A stretch of DNA of 64,000 nt, taken from Candidatus Caldarchaeales archaeon (GTDB lineage Archaea > Thermoproteota > Nitrososphaeria_A > Caldarchaeales > Calditenuaceae). The notes under the pieces are model-generated. The model saw only the letters and a list, made by a program, of their open reading frames with translations, ran no database searches and was not told the origin of the DNA. Position numbers and translations under genes: made by a program. The stretch is from positions 16,901 through 80,900 of the forward strand of contig JBCNVM010000007.1 of the NCBI GenBank assembly GCA_039630085.1, read 5' to 3'. Positions 58,742 to 64,000 of the stretch are shown here, one piece after another (position 1 is the stretch's first letter; each line of letters starts with the position of its first letter).

Positions 58742-59941
58742 CTTCACTCTCCTCCCGCCCCTGACGTCATAGACGTACTTCCTCCCGTGCCACCTCACGA
58801 CCAGCCTGCCCCTCACGGCCTGCGCGGCGACGTGAAGGAGCATCGAGAAGATCACCAAGTGGGCCAGGGGCGTGGCCAGCGCGTAGGCCCCGCTGATGCC
58901 TATCGACTTGGCGGTTCGGTAGTGGCCTGCGACCACGGCCATCACCGGCAGCAGTGACAGCAGCTTGGCGTAGATCGGCAGGTCGAGCGCGACCGCCAAG
59001 ACCGGCAGCGCGACGGGTGGGACAAGGGCCAGCACCGCCCCCGCCAGGTACTTCGCCATCGAGAGGAGGCCTCTGAGCCAGCCCCTCTGCCCGACCGACT
59101 CGACGACGTACTGCGTGAAGAGCCTGAGCAGGCCGTTCGCGTGTCCCCTGAGCCCTCCCGCGAACGCCGCTATGAACCTGTCCGACGCGTCGAGAAGCGC
59201 GACCCTGTGTCCCGAGGACTTTATCAGCTCCCCCAGCGACTTGTCGTCGAGCAGCATGCCCTTGATCGCCTCGTGGCCGCCGGTCTCCTCGTAGACTTCC
59301 CTCCTGACGGCGATGAAAGCCCCGAAGAAGAACGCGATGTCGCTCGAGGGGTCGGTCGTCCTGTAGGGCGGTGCGAGGACGTAGAGCAGCTCGTAGAGCG
59401 CCGGCAGCATCACCTTGGAGGCCGTCGAGTCGGCCCGGAGCCTCGGCATGAGGGAGAACGCCGATAGCCCCTCGGACCTCGCGAGGCAGAGCGCATCCCT
59501 CATCACGTGACGGTCTAGGAGCTCGATGTCGGCGTCCATGAAGACGAGCCACTCGCCGCTGGACGCCCTGTAGCCCTCGCGGCAGGCCCAGGACTTGCCC
59601 ATCCACCCCTCGGGCCTCTCCCTCGCGAGCACGTACACGGCGCCCCTGCCGACGTACCTGGCCGCTACGCCCGCGGTGCCGTCGGTGGACCTGTCGTCCA
59701 CGACCACGACCTCGAGGTTCACCCCCCTCTGCGACGTGACGGACTCCAGCGCGCTACCGATGGTCCGCTCGCCGTTCCGCACGGGGATCACCACGGAGAC
59801 CCTCTCCCCTAGGTCGCAGCTCCCCTCCGACCTCGGCAGAGGCCGAACCTTCCCCCTGTTCCTCTCGGAGACCAACGTGAGCAGGAACCACCCGGTCGAG
59901 ACCAGCACCGAGAAGGCCGTGAAGGTCAGCTCCGCCAGCAA
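58727..59941 (-). CDS. Membrane GT2 glycosyltransferase
   Basis: VSVVIPVRN, VVDDRSTD, PEGWMGKSWAC, FMDAD, LLDD; C-terminal TM helices. Confidence 0.88.
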   Translation of the reverse strand: MLAELTFTAFSVLVSTGWFLLTLVSERNRGKVRPLPRSEGSCDLGERVSVVIPVRNGERTIGSALESVTSQRGVNLEVVVVDDRSTDGTAGVAARYVGRGAVYVLARERPEGWMGKSWACREGYRASSGEWLVFMDADIELLDRHVMRDALCLARSEGLSAFSLMPRLRADSTASKVMLPALYELLYVLAPPYRTTDPSSDIAFFFGAFIAVRREVYEETGGHEAIKGMLLDDKSLGELIKSSGHRVALLDASDRFIAAFAGGLRGHANGLLRLFTQYVVESVGQRGWLRGLLSMAKYLAGAVLALVPPVALPVLAVALDLPIYAKLLSLLPVMAVVAGHYRTAKSIGISGAYALATPLAHLVIFSMLLHVAAQAVRGRLVVRWHGRKYVYDVRGGRRVKLLAG

Positions 59942-60026
59942 CCCGACTCCGCTGAATCGCCGCCTCGACTATTCAACCGTGAGCCGGGTCAACCCAATTA
60001 TCCCCCGGGCCCGAAGGCTCGTCGGC

Positions 60027-60650
60027 GTGAGGCTCCACGGCAAGGGCATCAGGCTGGGTCTGGTCACGAGGGACCCGGTCGTCGCGTCGAGGGTCATCGA
60101 GGCCTGCAGGGCAGCGGGCTGCGCGGTTTCGTGGGTCTCCTCGCCCGAGGAGCTGCCGCTCGACCTCGATGCAGTCGTCGCGGGCAGGGACGCTGCCCTC
60201 CCCAGGTACCCGAGGCCCGTCGTGAGGATCGAGGAGGGCGCCGACGCCGAGTGCGCGGTGCTGAGGGCAGTGGCGTCCGTCAGGTCGAGGGGGGCCCCGA
60301 AGCTCGAGGTCTCTGTGGACCCGGGCCGGAGGATGGGCGTCGTTGTGCTGCTGAACGGCGTCGTGGTGGCGTCGTCGGTCGTCGTGGGGGCCTCCGAGCT
60401 CGTCGGGGAGGTCAGGAGGTTGGCCAAGTGCATCGGGGCCGAACCTTCGGCGATCTACGTGGGTTCTCGTCCGGGGTCGGAGCTGCGGGACCTCCTCAGC
60501 GCGATCAAGTCCGGGTTCCCCGGCTCCGAGGTCGAGCTGGTCCCCGAGGGCCCGGACATCGGAGCCCCCGTCCCCGAGGACCTCAGGGGCGACGAGCTCG
60601 ACGCTTACGTCATCTACCTCAGGGCCATCTCCTCCTCCCCTGAGGACTGA
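60027..60650 (+). CDS. Hypothetical protein with possible RNase H-like (YqgF-like) C-terminal domain
   Basis: VSVDPGRRMGVVVL, IYVG, LVPE, DELDAYVI patterns. Confidence 0.55.
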   Translation: MRLHGKGIRLGLVTRDPVVASRVIEACRAAGCAVSWVSSPEELPLDLDAVVAGRDAALPRYPRPVVRIEEGADAECAVLRAVASVRSRGAPKLEVSVDPGRRMGVVVLLNGVVVASSVVVGASELVGEVRRLAKCIGAEPSAIYVGSRPGSELRDLLSAIKSGFPGSEVELVPEGPDIGAPVPEDLRGDELDAYVIYLRAISSSPED

Positions 60651-60718
60651 GGCCGGCTCGGAGTTCTGCTGCGCGCGTTCTCCGGGACTAACTATTTGAG
60701 TGGCTCATAGGGGTCGGG

Positions 60719-61591
60719 GTGGGCTTGACGTTACCGGACGTTCAGTCCGAGAGGCCTGAATTCCCCCTGAGGCTCGGGAGGGTCGGCATCGTCGGCCTCC
60801 TCGTCCCCTCGGGGCCCTTCCGCGACGGCTCCCTCGTCCTCCAGGACGTCAGGTTGGACGCCTTCGTGGACCTCCCCGGAGGCCAGCGGGGCATCCACTC
60901 CAGCAGGACCTACGAGGCAGTCTTCCGGTTCCTGGAGGGTCTCAACGGACGGGTGGAGCTGGACTCGGCGGTCCTCGGCCTCGCGAGGGAGGTGCTGGGG
61001 CACCACGATTACGCCGGCTCCGCGGAGGTCGTCATCAGGGCCAGGGCCTACGATGTCGCCGTCTCCCCCATGACCTCCAAGCCCTCCTACAGGTGGAGCA
61101 GGGTCAGGGCCGCCGCGCGGGTCTCGAGGGCCGGGACCGCTTCGAAGTCGCTCCAAGTCAGCACCCTAGGAATAACCGCGTGCCCCTGCGCGAAGAGGGT
61201 CGTCCAGGCCATGTGGGGTGAAGAGCGCGACCTCACCGCGACGCACATGCAGCGCACTCTGGGCCGCATCGGACTCGTCTACAGGGCCGACGAGAGCGTG
61301 CGGGCCGAACGGGTCCTCGAGGTGCTCAGGCGGTCCTTCAGCTCCCAGGTCCTCGACCTCCTCAAGAGGCCCGACGAGGCCAGGGTCGTCGTCGACGCGG
61401 TCAAGAACCCCCTCTTCATCGAGGACTCAGTGAGGCACGCGGTGAAGTCGCTGGTCGGGGCCTTCCCGCACCTCTCGGACGACGACCTCCTCGAGGTCGA
61501 GATGAGGAGCGTCGAGAGCATCCACAGCTACGACATGGTCGCGAGGTTCTCCGGCACCCTATTGGAGGCGAGGTCCCTCCCAGACCCATGA
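60719..61591 (+). CDS. mptA: GTP cyclohydrolase, FolE2/MptA family
   Basis: LPDVQ, QRGIHSSR, TACPCA, THMQR, LKRPDE, NPLFIEDSVR, ESIHSYD. Confidence 0.88.
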   Translation: MGLTLPDVQSERPEFPLRLGRVGIVGLLVPSGPFRDGSLVLQDVRLDAFVDLPGGQRGIHSSRTYEAVFRFLEGLNGRVELDSAVLGLAREVLGHHDYAGSAEVVIRARAYDVAVSPMTSKPSYRWSRVRAAARVSRAGTASKSLQVSTLGITACPCAKRVVQAMWGEERDLTATHMQRTLGRIGLVYRADESVRAERVLEVLRRSFSSQVLDLLKRPDEARVVVDAVKNPLFIEDSVRHAVKSLVGAFPHLSDDDLLEVEMRSVESIHSYDMVARFSGTLLEARSLPDP

Positions 61592-62403
61592 CGCCCAGCT
61601 ACTGGAAGGCCGAGTACGCCCGCATCGTCGACGAGCTGGGGATCGATCCCGAGGGCGACCGCCGGGCCTCCGAGTTCCTCTCCCGCGTCTTCCGGGACGC
61701 TCCCTGCGTCCTCAGGGGGCTCTCAGGCGCGGTCGGACGCAAGCTGTCGATCGTCGTGGGCGCCTCCGACAACGTGCACGAGGACCTCCGGTCACTCGAA
61801 CACGTCCTTCACGGGTTCAGGGACGATGTCTACTTGGTCTCGGCCGACAGCGCGACTCCGGCACTGCTCGGCGCCGGACTGGTCCCGGACGCTGTGGTCA
61901 CGGACCTCGACTGCCCCGAGCAGGAGCTCCTCAAAGCGTACTCGAGGGGGAGCTTCTTCTTCGTGCACGGCCACGGCGACAACCTCGACGCCCTAAGTCG
62001 ATTGACCGTCAAGCTCAGAGACCGGGCGGAGCCGACTTGTCAGGTCCCGGACCCGGTCGGCCACGTCCACAACTTCGGGGGCTTCACAGACGGCGACAGG
62101 GCGGTGCACGTCGCCTCCGCCCTCGGTTGCAGGACGATCGTCCTCGTCGGGATGTGCCTCAGCTGCGACGTCAGCGAGCTCTCGTCGAGGGGAAAGCCGC
62201 GCACTGCGTCGTGGTTCGCAACGAAGTCAAGGAAGCTCGAGATTGCCAAGAGGCTGCTCCTCCTGCACCGCCGTCACAGGCCGGACGTCTCGGTCCTCCA
62301 GTGCTCCGTCCGCCCGGATCCGGGCCTGCCCTTCCCCAACGTCGATCCGGATTCGCTCCTGGAGATCGTCCGCCACCCTCACGCCGGTTGCCCAGAAACT
62401 TAA
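61588..62403 (+). CDS. mptE: 6-hydroxymethylpterin diphosphokinase MptE-like
   Basis: ADSAT, PDAVVTDLD, HGHGDN, NFGGFTDGDRA, KLEIAK. Confidence 0.85.
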   Translation: MTPSYWKAEYARIVDELGIDPEGDRRASEFLSRVFRDAPCVLRGLSGAVGRKLSIVVGASDNVHEDLRSLEHVLHGFRDDVYLVSADSATPALLGAGLVPDAVVTDLDCPEQELLKAYSRGSFFFVHGHGDNLDALSRLTVKLRDRAEPTCQVPDPVGHVHNFGGFTDGDRAVHVASALGCRTIVLVGMCLSCDVSELSSRGKPRTASWFATKSRKLEIAKRLLLLHRRHRPDVSVLQCSVRPDPGLPFPNVDPDSLLEIVRHPHAGCPET

Positions 62404-62445
62404 CCCCCTCGAGCTTCAGCAACGCGCGACCTCCGCCCGGCAGGC

Positions 62446-63177
62446 TCACGCCTGGTCGAGCTCGATCAGGCTCATTATGTCCAGCTTGTGGGCTCGGTGC
62501 TCCTCCACCGGGTTCTTGATCAGGAGGTTCACTACTTGGACCGGGCCGAAGACCATGTCCTCGCCGACCGCGACGTAGCCGAACCTCCTAACCAGCTCGA
62601 TCGCCCTGGCGACCGGCGCGTCCTCCCTCACCTGGGGCAGCGGCAACATGTACCTCTCGACGCTCCGCAAGGACCTCGGCCTGTCCTCCTGCGCGACGTC
62701 GTTCAGTAGCGACTGGAGCAGCGACTCGGCCGTCAGGTGATCGCCGGACCCGCTCAGGGCCACCTCGTACTTCGAGAGCACCCTCAGGGCGAATATCGGG
62801 TCGGACGTCCTCAGGACCACGGGCGCCCTCACCGCGTAGGCCCTCACCGGCTCCTCCCCGAACGGCTCGATCTCCTCCACGATCATCCTCGCCGTTATGA
62901 CGTACTCCGACCAGAGCGCGTGCCCGTCTCCGACGCTCAGCGCGACCAGCGCGTCGGCCAGAGTCGGGCTCCTGAGCACGGGGTACACCCTCGCCACCGA
63001 GAGAGCCTTCGTCCTGAACATCTCCCAGAGGAGGTCGTCCAGCGCCTTCACCTTCCGCGCCAGCGACGCGATGTCCCTGTACGTCAAGGCGAGGCCTCCG
63101 ATCGTGAGGCCCTTCAGGCCCCTCGAGATCATCAGGAGGAGCGCCTCTATCGCGTTTATGCCGTCCCTGGCCCGCAC
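62446..63177 (-). CDS. Degenerate CBS-domain-like protein
   Basis: PTLADALVAL, VITARMIV, PVARAIELV patterns; weak. Confidence 0.45.
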   Translation of the reverse strand: MRARDGINAIEALLLMISRGLKGLTIGGLALTYRDIASLARKVKALDDLLWEMFRTKALSVARVYPVLRSPTLADALVALSVGDGHALWSEYVITARMIVEEIEPFGEEPVRAYAVRAPVVLRTSDPIFALRVLSKYEVALSGSGDHLTAESLLQSLLNDVAQEDRPRSLRSVERYMLPLPQVREDAPVARAIELVRRFGYVAVGEDMVFGPVQVVNLLIKNPVEEHRAHKLDIMSLIELDQA

Positions 63178-63519
63178 CTCACAAACCGCGGATTATCCAG
63201 CATATAAGTAATTCAACAGCATGGCGGGGGTGGAGCATAACAGGTCGCTGCGTGAGAGGGGAACCGTTCCCAGTTTCAATCGTGCAGGGGTCGTCGTCGA
63301 ACCCCGAAGAAATATTATGGCCAATCTGAGGGTTAGGTCCTACTGGTAGGTACTAACCGATTTGAATTCGCGGCACAATTTAAGAACCTCGAGTTTTCCT
63401 TACCGCCAATTCAGGAGCTAGATTTCTGGCACTTTGGAAATTAAGTTAAAATAGTAGCATAGGACGACATCTGTCGGTGAACAGATCATGGTCGGTCCTA
63501 GGGGAGGTTCGGATCCACA

Positions 63520-64000
63520 CTATTGAATAATATCTAAATTTATGATCTGATTCACGAGTTTTTTCAGCTGCTTCAACTCGGCGGGAATACTCCAGCCGTT
63601 TTCGGAGAACAACTCAGAAGTCAACGCGTAGTAGCTTGCCTCGGAGAGCGGTAACGTCGCACCATCGGCGACCAGATCAGAGAATTTGTCTAAAGCGCTG
63701 AAGAAGTCCACGGCAGACATGGATGGGACGTAGTGGAGCGCTATCGTCCCGTCCTCTAGAACGTTGAACGACTGACATATGATGGGTGGTCGTGACGCCT
63801 CCTTGATCACCCTGTCCAGTGTAGACGGTGACTTACCAGAGGGATTTACCATCAACCAAACCTTCCCAACCCCCTTGTCGACCTTTTCATCAGGAATCTG
63901 ACTGATCATGTGCCCAGCGACTAAACCCTTACGGACCACGTGCTCGTTGAAGTGGTAGTTCAGGGCCCTCGGGTGGACGTTCAGCTTTCTGGCCATTCTC
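63520..64000 (-). CDS. Lrp/AsnC-like HTH regulator, C-terminal part (5' end outside the window)
   Basis: MARKLNVHPRALNYHFNEHVVRKGLV; AT-richer than host genes. Confidence 0.5.
   Translation of the reverse strand, partial: RMARKLNVHPRALNYHFNEHVVRKGLVAGHMISQIPDEKVDKGVGKVWLMVNPSGKSPSTLDRVIKEASRPPIICQSFNVLEDGTIALHYVPSMSAVDFFSALDKFSDLVADGATLPLSEASYYALTSELFSENGWSIPAELKQLKKLVNQIINLDIIQ

Noticed and set aside
6418-63177. Very frequent TCGA/CTCGAG/GTCGAC words
   Set aside because: Explained by CTC/GTC/ATC codons followed by GAG/GAC; not a repeat family.
63220-63236. Possible tRNA 3'-end fragment (CCACCCCCGCCA on the minus strand) at the composition boundary
   Set aside because: Too short, no T-loop, and no match to either tRNA in this window.
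63260-63310. GTTTCAAT CRISPR-like start and ORB-like AGGGGTC
   Set aside because: Single occurrence, no spaced repeats, and spacing does not fit the ORB consensus.

Overview
A high-GC archaeal chromosomal segment, mostly housekeeping genes. Unsplit Rpo2, a fused Rpo1 (A'+A''), both PolD subunits, GGGP synthase and reverse gyrase together point to a thermophilic Nitrososphaerota/Aigarchaeota (Caldarchaeales-like) organism; this is inference from gene content. Core content: tpiA, rpo5-rpo2-rpo1, cdc6-DP1 with a convergent DP2, RPA, coaBC-srp54-pus10, rgy, a nucleoside-type ABC module, truD, sufD, rpl32e, thrC, thermosome-rpo6, mptA-mptE, and two tRNAs (Ala-GGC, Pro-CGG). Most notable: (1) a probable replication origin with four ORB-like boxes and an AT-rich unwinding element upstream of cdc6; (2) a ~2.1 kb AT-rich island bounded by tRNA-Ala and an INVERTED 23/24-nt copy of its 3' end, followed by a free-standing HTH-LAGLIDADG endonuclease gene with a structured leader; (3) an unexplained ~240-nt highly base-paired segment divergent from tRNA-Pro (candidate ncRNA); (4) a ubiquitin-like SAMP/MoaD whose Gly-Gly is capped by Thr-Ala and which is coupled to a membrane protein gene; (5) an FdrA/DUF1116/cyclase catabolic cluster; (6) several one-base-short frameshifts in homopolymers that may be sequencing errors. 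No CRISPR array, rRNA, transposase, integrase or intein was seen. All calls are from motif recognition by eye, with no database searches; start codons were often adjusted relative to the ORF track and are approximate.
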